Below, piece after piece: positions 18,548 to 27,924 of a stretch of 64,000 bases of DNA (within the stretch, counting starts at the first letter, position 1; each line of letters opens with the position of its first letter). The notes beneath the pieces were generated by a model. The model worked only from the letters and a program-made list of their open reading frames with translations. It made no database searches and was not told where the DNA came from. Origin of the DNA: Thermodesulfobacteriota bacterium (lineage in GTDB: Bacteria > Desulfobacterota > Desulfobulbia > Desulfobulbales > SURF-16); NCBI GenBank assembly GCA_040755455.1, contig JBFMAY010000006.1:32001-96000 (forward strand), in the 5' to 3' direction. A program made the translations under genes and the position numbers.

Positions 18548-20542
18548 TTATTTTTTCGTTACTTCATGGCACTCCGTGCAGTCTTTAGCGGCAAACGGAG
18601 GATGAACGTTATCCTTGAAGAACTTGGGATCCTTGGAAGCATGTGGATTATGGCAGCTCTTGCAGTCGATCACCGCCGGATCGATGTGAAGATGGGCGGC
18701 GGTAAAGGCCTCATCCTTCTGGTCGTGGCATTCTCCGCACAACGGCTGGATGGGCTGGAGCAGCAGGGAGGGCTGGGCCGCGGCATGGGGCTGATGGCAG
18801 GCCAGACAGTCTTTTTGAGCTGGCGGATGGACCTGCTCCTTGGCCATCTTTTCCTTCAGCTCTTTATGGCAGGCCAGACACAGGTCCGGAGTCTCAGCCA
18901 GGATCAGTTTGGCCAATTTGGACTGGTGGGGGTTGTGGCACTGGGTGCATTGGTCGGAAATCACCGGAGCATGTTTGCTTTTTCCTTGCTGCACGGCGGC
19001 CATTAGCTCTTCATGGCATGAGGCGCACAGTGTCCCCTGGTTTTCCGTGGTCATGCCGGTGAAATTGCTGCCATGGGCATCATGGCAGGTCATACACTCG
19101 CCATCGCCAAACGGGACATGGATGTTCTCCTCTCCGGCCCCTTTGATCAGTTTGTCATGACACTGCGCACACAATTTCTTGCCGGATTCCTTGAGCAGCT
19201 TTTCCTTGTCCGTGCCGTGGGCATTATGGCAGGCATTGCATGTCCCGTCACTCACCGGCGGATGGGTGTGGGATTTGATGAATTCCATTTTCTTCTCGGA
19301 ATGGCAGGTGTAACAGATCACGTCAAGCCGGTCGTTGAACATCTTGGCAAAATTGGAACCGTGGGGATTATGACAGGTGGTGCATGTCTCCTCGGTAAAA
19401 GCTATATGCACATTTTTGACCTTTTCCGCGGATCGGGTCTTGGCGTGGCACTGGAAGCAAAGCTCCTTGTCCTCCTTAAGGAGCAGCCCCTTGTTGGCCG
19501 CGGCATGGGGGGCATGGCAGGAAAGGCATCCCTTCTCGCCTGCCACTGGTTTATGGCCGACAGCCACAGCTTCCTCCTTTTCGCCATGACAGGTAAAGCA
19601 TACCTTGTTGCCCTGCTGCGCCATCAGCTTCGGACTTTCCGAGGCGTGCGGGTTGTGGCAGGAAAGGCACATGCCTTCCTGGAACGGGTTATGCTGAACG
19701 GTGCCCCCTGCCATCAAACTGTCGGCTTCGTGGCACTGGGAACAGAGTTCACCGTCCTTCTGCACGGTCTTGAAGGCATCCGCAGCGGTGGGTTCCTTAT
19801 GGCAGGAATCGCACTCATGCTTGGCAACCGGCTCATGGACGCTGGATTTCAAAAGCTTTGCCTGGGTGGAGGAGTGGGGATTATGGCAGAGAGTACAGCG
19901 CTTGGTCTCCACCGGATACTCGCCATGGGCCGCTTTGAAAGAGGTCTTGCCCGCCTCATGGCAGGTCAGGCAGAGCGGAACCTCCTCCTTGATCAGCAGA
20001 TTTTCGGCATCCGAGCCATGGGCCGAGTGGCAGGTTTGGCAGCCTTTCTCTTTAATGGCTTGATGAACAACGCCCTTTTCAAATTTCTCCTTGGCATGGC
20101 ACTGGTAACAGAATTCGCTGCCTTCGGCATTCAGCAGGTGGCTCGCCTGGGAGGCATGGGGGTTGTGGCATTGTGAACACTGGCCGCGCTGCAGCACGGT
20201 GTGAACATGGGGTTTGTCCATGCCGATGGTGTCTGCCGCATGGCAGTCGAAGCATATCTGGTTGCCCTGTTTCTTCAGGATGAGCTTGGTCACGATCCCG
20301 TGTTTGAGATGGCATTCCTCACATTTTTTTTCCTTAACCACGGGGTGGACATTTTTCATGGTAAGATACTGGTCGGCGAATTTCTTGTGGCAGTCGAGGC
20401 ACTCCTTTTTCGCGAACCCCATCTTTTCTGCAGCGTCGGCCGGCTGACCCGCGAAAATGAACACCCCCCACAGAACAGTCAGTGACAGCGATAAAAGAAT
20501 CCATTTTCCTTTTGAGTAAACCATTAGCATTTTTGACCCCAT
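18548..20542 (-). CDS. Periplasmic multiheme cytochrome c, 26 CxxCH
   Basis: N-terminal hydrophobic signal; I counted 26 CxxCH motifs. Confidence 0.95.
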   Translation of the reverse strand: MGSKMLMVYSKGKWILLSLSLTVLWGVFIFAGQPADAAEKMGFAKKECLDCHKKFADQYLTMKNVHPVVKEKKCEECHLKHGIVTKLILKKQGNQICFDCHAADTIGMDKPHVHTVLQRGQCSQCHNPHASQASHLLNAEGSEFCYQCHAKEKFEKGVVHQAIKEKGCQTCHSAHGSDAENLLIKEEVPLCLTCHEAGKTSFKAAHGEYPVETKRCTLCHNPHSSTQAKLLKSSVHEPVAKHECDSCHKEPTAADAFKTVQKDGELCSQCHEADSLMAGGTVQHNPFQEGMCLSCHNPHASESPKLMAQQGNKVCFTCHGEKEEAVAVGHKPVAGEKGCLSCHAPHAAANKGLLLKEDKELCFQCHAKTRSAEKVKNVHIAFTEETCTTCHNPHGSNFAKMFNDRLDVICYTCHSEKKMEFIKSHTHPPVSDGTCNACHNAHGTDKEKLLKESGKKLCAQCHDKLIKGAGEENIHVPFGDGECMTCHDAHGSNFTGMTTENQGTLCASCHEELMAAVQQGKSKHAPVISDQCTQCHNPHQSKLAKLILAETPDLCLACHKELKEKMAKEQVHPPAQKDCLACHQPHAAAQPSLLLQPIQPLCGECHDQKDEAFTAAHLHIDPAVIDCKSCHNPHASKDPKFFKDNVHPPFAAKDCTECHEVTKK

Positions 20543-20570
20543 GGCTACGTTTGGATAGTCGGTTTGTTAT

Positions 20571-22247
20571 TTATTTTCCGAGATCAGCGAGATTCTCGAT
20601 ATAAATTTCCACCGTATAGAATTTTTTGAGTTTCTCGACCCATTCGTCCAGCGCCTGCTGCAGCTTCAACTTGAACACCTTTTCTTTGATGCCGTCACTC
20701 ACATCAGCCAGATCCTGGGGGACGGGCGCGACGATTTCCCCGATTGCCAGCACATATGAGCGTCCCTGGCCATCTGTATAGATTGTGAACTCTCCGGCTT
20801 TGCTGCCAGCCAGCATCTTCTGCATCTCATCAGGCAGGCTGGTCATGAGCAGCAGTTTGCCCTCAAATTTCAGCAGACCTGCCGTTTGCGGGTCCAACTG
20901 GCCCTCGGCATTGGCGGCAAGCCATTTAAAGTCGGTACCGGTTTTCATTTTCTGCAGAACCTGTTCGGCTCTGGTCTTGTCGGAGAAAACCAGGCTGTGG
21001 ATGCGGATCATGGGCGGGGTTGAATAGGAGGCGATATTTTCCTGGTAATATTGCTTGATGTCATTTTCATCAAGGTGAATGTCCGGGATGATGACTTTTT
21101 CGACAAAGGCCCCGAACAGCAGGGAGGTCTTGTATTCTTCCACGGTTTTCTTGAAGGCGTCGGTCTTATCAATGCCCTGCTGCAAGGCCTCTTTCAGTAA
21201 AATCCTGGTGGTCAGCATCTTGTAGAGCAAATCCTCTTTCTGCTGATTCAGCTTGCCCTTGCCGATGGCCTGCTCCACCCCATGGAAAAATTTCTTTTTG
21301 AGCTGTTCGCCCACCTCGCCCACGGTCACCGGGGCTTCCCCCTCAATGGTCGCCAGGGCGCGGGTGTCCTGCAGCATGGCCTCCAGGCCGGGCTCCTGGG
21401 CCTCGTAATCGATGTTTTTCAGCAACTCCTCATCGATTTTCGCATGTTTTTTCAGCAGGGTCTCGATGTAAGTCCTTTTGGCTTCATCCTTCTGCCGTTT
21501 CAGCACAGACGCCTCAATTCTTTGCTTGGCCTGGGCATCATCGGGATAACGGACTCCCTTGAGCTGCATGATCACGAAGCCGTCCTGGATCGGAATGACC
21601 TGGCTTACGGCGCCGGTCTCCATTTTCGCCAGAGCCTGGGCAATCTGCGGCAGCATGTTCTTCTGCTTGAAATATTCAGCCTCGGCGGTTCCCTTGGCCG
21701 TGCCATCGGCAATCGCCCTGGTTGTCACCGCAGCAAAGTCCTGGCCTGCCGCGATTTCCTTTGCCAGTTTTGTGGCACGCTCTTCTGTTTCCAGCTTTAT
21801 CGACTGGACGTAATACTCTTTGACCTCCTCCTTGTAGAGGGGGTCCACCTCTTTCTGGTCCGGCAGGAGGTCTTTGGTTTGTCTGTCAAGAAGAAGGGCG
21901 CCCATGCCCTGTTTGGAAAACTCGTCAATCCGCTGCTGATAAATGGGCATTTCGTCCAGGCCGATGTTCTTTGCCTCCAGCAGAATGAGTCTGGTGTTGA
22001 TGAGACGGGTCAGGGGGGCTTGGTAATCAATTTTCGTGGTTTTTTGGGTATCCTCCATATCCCCGTGGCCATGCAGGGCATAAAGGGCCTCGTTGAATTC
22101 TTCCAGGGTGATGGGTTCATCGTTGACCTTGGCGACGATTTCCTTGCCGTCCATCACTGGCAGCGTCTCTGCGGCCTGAGCCCACAAGGCACTTGTTGCG
22201 AGGAAAAGAGTGACCACCGCGCCGATAGATAAGGCAATTTGTTTCAT
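20571..22247 (-). CDS. SurA/PpiC-like peptidyl-prolyl isomerase chaperone (OscH-like)
   Basis: Signal peptide, IVAKVNDEPIT, two rotamase-like halves (GQDFAAV..GAVSQVI; GTDFKWLA..GEFT). Confidence 0.8.
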   Translation of the reverse strand: MKQIALSIGAVVTLFLATSALWAQAAETLPVMDGKEIVAKVNDEPITLEEFNEALYALHGHGDMEDTQKTTKIDYQAPLTRLINTRLILLEAKNIGLDEMPIYQQRIDEFSKQGMGALLLDRQTKDLLPDQKEVDPLYKEEVKEYYVQSIKLETEERATKLAKEIAAGQDFAAVTTRAIADGTAKGTAEAEYFKQKNMLPQIAQALAKMETGAVSQVIPIQDGFVIMQLKGVRYPDDAQAKQRIEASVLKRQKDEAKRTYIETLLKKHAKIDEELLKNIDYEAQEPGLEAMLQDTRALATIEGEAPVTVGEVGEQLKKKFFHGVEQAIGKGKLNQQKEDLLYKMLTTRILLKEALQQGIDKTDAFKKTVEEYKTSLLFGAFVEKVIIPDIHLDENDIKQYYQENIASYSTPPMIRIHSLVFSDKTRAEQVLQKMKTGTDFKWLAANAEGQLDPQTAGLLKFEGKLLLMTSLPDEMQKMLAGSKAGEFTIYTDGQGRSYVLAIGEIVAPVPQDLADVSDGIKEKVFKLKLQQALDEWVEKLKKFYTVEIYIENLADLGK

Positions 22248-22278
22248 GTAATTCCTTTTGCGTTTTTTTTTGCACCAG

Positions 22279-23379
22279 TTAGTTGGCCATCATCGCAGCA
22301 ACGGACCGGGCCATCTGCGAGGCCACGTCGTTTGCCGTAGATACCCTGCCCACATCAAAAAAGAAGACCCCGTCCGAGCCCTTATTGTAACTTTTCGAAG
22401 CCCACACGATCTCGCGGCTGTTGTTGAAAAACATGACCGTGGAGAAATCGACGTAAGGAGAGCCCCATGGCCCCTGGGCATCCTGATAATCGAGAATTTT
22501 GCCGGAGAGGATAAGATCCACGTTCAGGTTGCTGAAGATGGCCGCAGCGCTGGGCAGGGATATTCCGTCATCCATGATAACCCTGAAACGAAGCAGCTCC
22601 TTGAAGACAACCCCGGGTTCCACCACCTCGAAATCCGGTAGATTCTGCAGTTCCTTGACAAAATGGAGCACCATGATCTCGCCGCCGTTTTTGCGGTCGC
22701 TGAGATTGAAAAAAGGCAGGACCGCCACCGCGAATTTTCGCTTTTCCTGCTCCATGGTAGGAGAACGGAAGGCAAGTTTCGGGCGGAATCTGCTTTTTGC
22801 CGCCGGCATCTCCCGCTCTCCTGCCAGGCTTTCCCGCAGCGCAGCCACCAGCGTATGCAGGGCTTTGTCCCGCAGCGCGTCGGCCTGCTCGATCAACCCC
22901 AAGCCGAGCAGGCCCGGCGCCTCATCGCCGGCTAGGCCCACGTTGTCGATCCAGCGGATCACCGGCGGGTCCGATGAGGAAACCAGCCGGCATGTCAGGG
23001 CGATTTTGGGCGGGAACTGCTCCACATAGAGTTCGAGGGTGGTAATGACCGTCGCCTCAGCCCCGGTCTCCTGATGCAGCGCCTGTGCCGTGTCGCCGTC
23101 GATGCCCCCCACATTGCGCACCCGGTGGCCGGTCATGAATGACTCCAGGGTCTTGTCGTCCAGGACCGCAAATCCCTGTTGCTGCAGAAGGTCAATCAGG
23201 GTTGCCCGGATCTTCTGCAGCGGCGCGGGAGTGCCGCTCAGGTTCTGGACGGGAAAAACGGCAAGCAGGGGGGGTGCGTTTGTATCCGCGGCTGTCTTGT
23301 CCGGCTGGTTTTGTCGAGCAGCAGCGCCACAGCCGCAAAGGAGGACAAGGACGGCCAGGAGGGTGGCTCTCCTAGCCAT
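22279..23379 (-). CDS. Lipoprotein with two CsgG/DUF799-like domains
   Basis: Lipobox LLCGC; LAVFPVQNLS and VAVLPFFNLS repeated folds; start ATG 23379 coupled to upstream stop. Confidence 0.75.
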   Translation of the reverse strand: MARRATLLAVLVLLCGCGAAARQNQPDKTAADTNAPPLLAVFPVQNLSGTPAPLQKIRATLIDLLQQQGFAVLDDKTLESFMTGHRVRNVGGIDGDTAQALHQETGAEATVITTLELYVEQFPPKIALTCRLVSSSDPPVIRWIDNVGLAGDEAPGLLGLGLIEQADALRDKALHTLVAALRESLAGEREMPAAKSRFRPKLAFRSPTMEQEKRKFAVAVLPFFNLSDRKNGGEIMVLHFVKELQNLPDFEVVEPGVVFKELLRFRVIMDDGISLPSAAAIFSNLNVDLILSGKILDYQDAQGPWGSPYVDFSTVMFFNNSREIVWASKSYNKGSDGVFFFDVGRVSTANDVASQMARSVAAMMAN

Positions 23380-23941
23380 TATAAAGCAGATGGATAAGCT
23401 CAAGCACCGCCTCTTCAGTAATTTCATTCATGGGTTGGCCGCCTCCCCCCAGCAGCCGGTCTTTCATGTTGATTCCCCCTTTCGTGGTGGACCCTGTCCA
23501 GATAACCCTGCCTGTCTGCACCTCCATCATCTGCAGGCCGATGGAAATCACATTGGAAGAGGCAGTCCCTGATCTGACCTCGCCATACTCCCTGACCACC
23601 CCGGTGATAACGGCATCGGCGGCAAGGGCAACCCCCAGTTTCTGGATCTCCTCGGCAGACGGGGCAGTGCTGTCAACAAGCTGAACCCTGGAGATGCCTC
23701 GGGCCACCTCACCTGGGGGAAGCACGTAAAGACTGGCGGTGGCGAGCAGCATATTCATAAAGACATCGCGGACCCGGTCTTCGACTCTGGTGTGGCCGGT
23801 GAGATTGGCAAAAGGCATCACCGCCACAGTCTGAATGGAGCCGAAATCCATATTCGCGTCATGATACGTCGTGAGAGGCGCTGCCGTGCACGCCGCGAGG
23901 AAGGCAAGTACGATGGGCAGAATAATTTTTTTAAGCCACAC
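23372..23941 (-). CDS. CsgG/DUF799-like lipoprotein
   Basis: GGAG RBS and GTG 23941; lipobox FLAAC; VAVMPFANL, ADAVITGVVREY, TGRVIW. Confidence 0.78.
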   Translation of the reverse strand: MWLKKIILPIVLAFLAACTAAPLTTYHDANMDFGSIQTVAVMPFANLTGHTRVEDRVRDVFMNMLLATASLYVLPPGEVARGISRVQLVDSTAPSAEEIQKLGVALAADAVITGVVREYGEVRSGTASSNVISIGLQMMEVQTGRVIWTGSTTKGGINMKDRLLGGGGQPMNEITEEAVLELIHLLYNG

Positions 23942-24019
23942 GTTGCATTCTCCAATGATGATTCGATAAAACAATGCTTGCTGGTATACTCTCATTGTAG
24001 CATAGGCATTGGAAAATAA

Positions 24020-26221
24020 TTAGTAAATCATCTTCACGATCGCATTAAATGATTTCAGGTCCACGGTCTCGCGAACCGAATCACTCTCCGTCACCATGTA
24101 GGAAAGATCCAGGGAGATGCGCGGGGCAATGGCCCAGCGCAGGCTCGGGCGGATGGTTTTTATTTTTGACTGGTCTTCGGAACGCAGATCTTCGCTGTAG
24201 GCAAACTGCAGCTGCAGCGTGCCATAGGGAAAAGGTGACCAGTTCAGCGAATAATTCTGCAGGGTATCCTGTTTGCCGTCCTGTTCCACCCTGCCGATGG
24301 AGGCAAAGAGGTAGACCGTCTGGAACGGCCTGAAGGCAGCGCCCAGATCCATTCTATTGTCCTTCAGCATTCCTTCGGCTCTGTCTCCCCCAGACTGATC
24401 CGTGCTGGTTCCGGAATAGCTCAGGGTCATGGTGAGGGCGTGGTGGGGAACAACGGTGGCACCGAAATTTACGATGGTGCTGTCATCCTGCTCGCCGGTT
24501 TCCTGGGTTTTTCTGTGCAGCCCGCCTTGCAGGAAGGCGTCAATGCCCTTGTAGAGTTCCGCCCTGTTTTGCAGAAAAAGCGAATCGGTGTCGGTCTCCT
24601 CATCGCCGATGCTCTCCCGTCGGCCGCTGAATAAGAGGGTGTGGTCCAGCGTCGGCAGGGGATCGGCGCGCAGTGAGGCGCTGTAGCCGTAAGCCTCCCC
24701 ATCGTCGGTTATTTCCGTGATGTCCTCTCTGGAGAGTCTGAAGTTGCCGGAAAAGACGGGGGTGAGCTGGCGAAAACCTGAAAAGGCATTGACCAGGGTG
24801 TACCTTTCGTCGGCACCGGGATCGGTCTTGACCAGAAAATAGGAAATTTCATGGAACAGCTCTTCACTTTGCATGAGCCTGGTCCGCATGTCCATGTTGA
24901 CCAGATGGGTTGTGGTGGTGTTTTTCCCTTCCGCATCCTGCACGGGCTTGGTGACATAAGGCTGGATCTCGGTGATAAATATGTCGGGGAAGGAGGTTGC
25001 ATTCGGCAGGATGACGGTCAGCGGAGTGACAACAACCTTGATATAGCGGGTGGTCACGCTGGGGAAATCGATATCGAAATAGTTCTGGAAAGGGTCGAAG
25101 GGTACGGTGGTTACCGTGGTTTCCCGATGCCAGTTTTCGTTGTCCGCACTGGTATAAATATCCCAGGAGAAAAAGTCGGCAATATCGTTGGGCAACTCCC
25201 TGTCAACCCAGATACGCAGGTTGTTGACTTCCGTGTCACTGACAAAACCGAGTCCCACGTTGCGAGGTTGCCTGTCACTCGCGGCCGGGGGCAGGCCGAT
25301 GTTCACCCCGCCGCTCGTGGCCAGGTCGCCGTCGATCAGGGCGGGATTGACGGTGAGCGCGCCAAGGGTCGGGCTGTCATCCAGGTCGGAAAGGCCGGAA
25401 AAAGGGAAAAGCGGAGAGTTGACCTCACCGGTGCCGTAGGCAATGGTATCAATTTCCATGCGGGAAACATTGTAGGTGGTTGAGAAGGAACTGCGTTTGT
25501 TGAAAAAGGATTCCGAATAATTGACTCTCCCATTATGGATCGTGGTCTTGGTGTCAATACTGTTGACCCGGTCCGCGGTCTCCAGGAAGAAGGGCCGGTA
25601 CTGGAGATCAAGCTTATCGTTGGCGTAGCGGCAGATGAGGGAAGCAGTGGTCTGGGTTGTATCCTGCAGCTCCCGGTCCTGGTCATAAAAATCAGCCTTT
25701 TCCAGCCGCATGTCAAAACTGGGCAATCCTTCCGGCCGCCAGCCCAGGATGGCATTGTACAGCTCGTTGATGTTTGTTTGCCGGGACAGATCATCGACCT
25801 GGGCCTCGGCATCTCTTTTGCTGTAGCCAACCCCTGCGGTGTACACGGGGGTTTTCAGGGTCAGGTCGGCAAAGGGGCGGGTATTGGTCAGTGTCGTTAC
25901 GCGGTCCTCGTCGTTGATGGTGGAATCGGTTTCGTCTTTCTGGAAAATTCCCCCGGCATTGAAACGAAGATTGGGGTAAATGGTTTTGTCCAGGTTCAGA
26001 TGGTAGTTCTGTCCCCAGGTTTCGCTCTGCGTTTCCGATTTCAGGCCAGTGGCCTTGTCCATGCTTTCCAGGTCAAATGTGTTGTAATCAAACTCCAGCA
26101 GGGCCCTTATACTGTCAGCCAGGGCCGGTTGCGGTGCGGGGATGAAAAACCAGCAGCAAAGATACAGCAGGAGCCTCAGGGTGTAATAGTGTAGCGTGTC
26201 CGGTCTGCATCGTTTGCTCAC
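24020..26221 (-). CDS. Outer-membrane beta-barrel protein with inserted beta-sandwich domain
   Basis: Signal peptide, amphipathic beta-strand pattern, terminal aromatic residue (..FNAIVKMIY). Confidence 0.72.
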   Translation of the reverse strand: MSKRCRPDTLHYYTLRLLLYLCCWFFIPAPQPALADSIRALLEFDYNTFDLESMDKATGLKSETQSETWGQNYHLNLDKTIYPNLRFNAGGIFQKDETDSTINDEDRVTTLTNTRPFADLTLKTPVYTAGVGYSKRDAEAQVDDLSRQTNINELYNAILGWRPEGLPSFDMRLEKADFYDQDRELQDTTQTTASLICRYANDKLDLQYRPFFLETADRVNSIDTKTTIHNGRVNYSESFFNKRSSFSTTYNVSRMEIDTIAYGTGEVNSPLFPFSGLSDLDDSPTLGALTVNPALIDGDLATSGGVNIGLPPAASDRQPRNVGLGFVSDTEVNNLRIWVDRELPNDIADFFSWDIYTSADNENWHRETTVTTVPFDPFQNYFDIDFPSVTTRYIKVVVTPLTVILPNATSFPDIFITEIQPYVTKPVQDAEGKNTTTTHLVNMDMRTRLMQSEELFHEISYFLVKTDPGADERYTLVNAFSGFRQLTPVFSGNFRLSREDITEITDDGEAYGYSASLRADPLPTLDHTLLFSGRRESIGDEETDTDSLFLQNRAELYKGIDAFLQGGLHRKTQETGEQDDSTIVNFGATVVPHHALTMTLSYSGTSTDQSGGDRAEGMLKDNRMDLGAAFRPFQTVYLFASIGRVEQDGKQDTLQNYSLNWSPFPYGTLQLQFAYSEDLRSEDQSKIKTIRPSLRWAIAPRISLDLSYMVTESDSVRETVDLKSFNAIVKMIY

Positions 26222-26227
26222 AAACCT

Positions 26228-27730
26228 CTACCTCTCGCCCATCAGGGTGAGACAACAGGGATCTTCCCCCACGTCGATTTCGGCCATCTTTTTTCTGCTT
26301 ATCAGACCGAATACCCCTATCCGCTTTGACTGTGGATGCACCAGCAACAGTGTGTTCTCCTCACTGTCGATGGTCATGTATGCTGTTTCGTCATCCGTCT
26401 GGATGGTAGATACGGGTAAAAGGGCAAAGGGGTCGTAAATCTGTATGGCGGTCTCGCGTTTTCGGACGACATAAAGCAGGTCGGTGCGGGGATCAACCAT
26501 GACGTCACGCATGCCGCTGCCGACAAATACCCGCTGCAGAACAATGAGGTTGCCGGCGTCGAGGACGGTGAGATAGGGCGAAACCGCGTTAATGATGTAC
26601 AACCGGTCCCCATTCCGGTTGAATGCCCCTTTCTCGGGGGTTTCACCCACGGAGAAGTTAGTGGCCAGGGCGCGGCGGGCAATGTCAATGACCGAGATGG
26701 TGCCGGACATGGAGTTAAAGACAAAGGCCCTTTTGCCGGCAGGGTCCATTAGAATGGAGCGGGGTTCATTGTCAACGGCAATTCTGTCGATTTCAAACAT
26801 GGTCAGCGGGTCAATTAGGCTGACAGTGCTGGAACCGGTGTTTACCACGAGCAGAAGATCCCCTGCCGGGGTAATGGCCAGTTCCCGGGGATTGTCCCCG
26901 CTGCTGAGGCGGATTTGGGTGATAACTTCTCCGCCGCTCACATCGATGACGGCAATGGCATCTTCTGCGGCGAGAGCAACGTAGGCCCGGTTACGGTTGC
27001 GGTCCAGCACGATTCCTTCGGGACCTTTACCCGTGGCGATCATGCCGACAACCTGCAGGGCCTTTTTGTCGATGATTGTGATGTTGTTTGAGGCGGAGTT
27101 GGTCACATAGCCGATAAGTCCGGTTACCGGCTTTTCAGGCACAAAAATGGCGAACCCGGGAACAAAACTGAACCCCCCCCGCACTGATTGCGCGTAGTTG
27201 AAGACGAGAAGAAGAATCGTGGCCTTCCGCTTGGCAATCTGAAACGGGAAATCAACCATATCCGGTGTGTCAGATACCAGCAGGGCGGAGTCTTCCTCTT
27301 CTCCTTGCAAAAAGGCTTCCTTGACCCCAAAAGCGAGCCCCCGGTAATTGCCAGGGGGCAGAATGCCGGAGCCGAGCTGCCGCTGGCTCCGCATGCCCGC
27401 GCCATTGAAGTTGCTGAAGGCAAGGTCGATGGGCACCATGGTGCCGTCATCCCTGACGGCGGCGAGGGATTGCAGGCTGAAGCGCAGCCGCTCGGTTCCC
27501 TGGGGAAAGGGCTGCGTATAAATGCTGAGTTCGCCTTCCGCCTCAAGGGCTTCCTTGAAGGAAAGATGGGTGGCTGGCTGGCACCCGGCCAGGCAGTGCA
27601 GAGCGATAAAAATGGCGATCAGGCAGGGTAACGGTAATGGGTGCATCGCAGACGAAATCGGGATGCCTGACATGACATGACCTTTTTTCATTTTTGCCAG
27701 CGGATGTTGGGAACAGTTGCTTTGAACCAA
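26228..27730 (-). CDS. YVTN/YncE beta-propeller lipoprotein (OscD-like)
   Basis: GYVTNSASNNITIID, PEGI..AYVA, PRELAI repeats; lipobox CLAGC; start uncertain (27730 or downstream). Confidence 0.85.
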   Translation of the reverse strand: MVQSNCSQHPLAKMKKGHVMSGIPISSAMHPLPLPCLIAIFIALHCLAGCQPATHLSFKEALEAEGELSIYTQPFPQGTERLRFSLQSLAAVRDDGTMVPIDLAFSNFNGAGMRSQRQLGSGILPPGNYRGLAFGVKEAFLQGEEEDSALLVSDTPDMVDFPFQIAKRKATILLLVFNYAQSVRGGFSFVPGFAIFVPEKPVTGLIGYVTNSASNNITIIDKKALQVVGMIATGKGPEGIVLDRNRNRAYVALAAEDAIAVIDVSGGEVITQIRLSSGDNPRELAITPAGDLLLVVNTGSSTVSLIDPLTMFEIDRIAVDNEPRSILMDPAGKRAFVFNSMSGTISVIDIARRALATNFSVGETPEKGAFNRNGDRLYIINAVSPYLTVLDAGNLIVLQRVFVGSGMRDVMVDPRTDLLYVVRKRETAIQIYDPFALLPVSTIQTDDETAYMTIDSEENTLLLVHPQSKRIGVFGLISRKKMAEIDVGEDPCCLTLMGER

Positions 27731-27800
27731 CTTATATCATTTGATTTTTTTTGTTGTCTAACAATTCTTATCATATGCATAACCTCTCAAACAGCTCAAG

Positions 27801-27837
27801 AAAAAAAATGGGCCGGCGTTGTACCGGCCCATTTTTT
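27801..27837 (-). terminator. Terminator hairpin downstream of omcS
   Basis: AAAAAATGGGCCGG-7 nt-CCGGCCCATTTTTT, with a T8 tail on the minus strand. Confidence 0.85.
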
Positions 27838-27924
27838 ATGCCGGGAAAATGCACCTCGACATGGTCAGCATACTGAAATTATGGTCAAAATACCTACGCA
27901 AAGAATCTTAGCCCGCTCTGCGGA

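Noticed and set aside
17223..20176. Long plus-strand ORFs (460 aa, 367 aa) opposite the multiheme cytochromes
   Set aside because: They are antisense shadows of repetitive Cys/His codons with no recognisable domain.
23372..23427. Apparent 56-nt overlap or frameshift between the two lipoprotein genes
   Set aside because: It resolves with a start at ATG 23379, giving an 8-nt coupled overlap and a proper lipoprotein signal.
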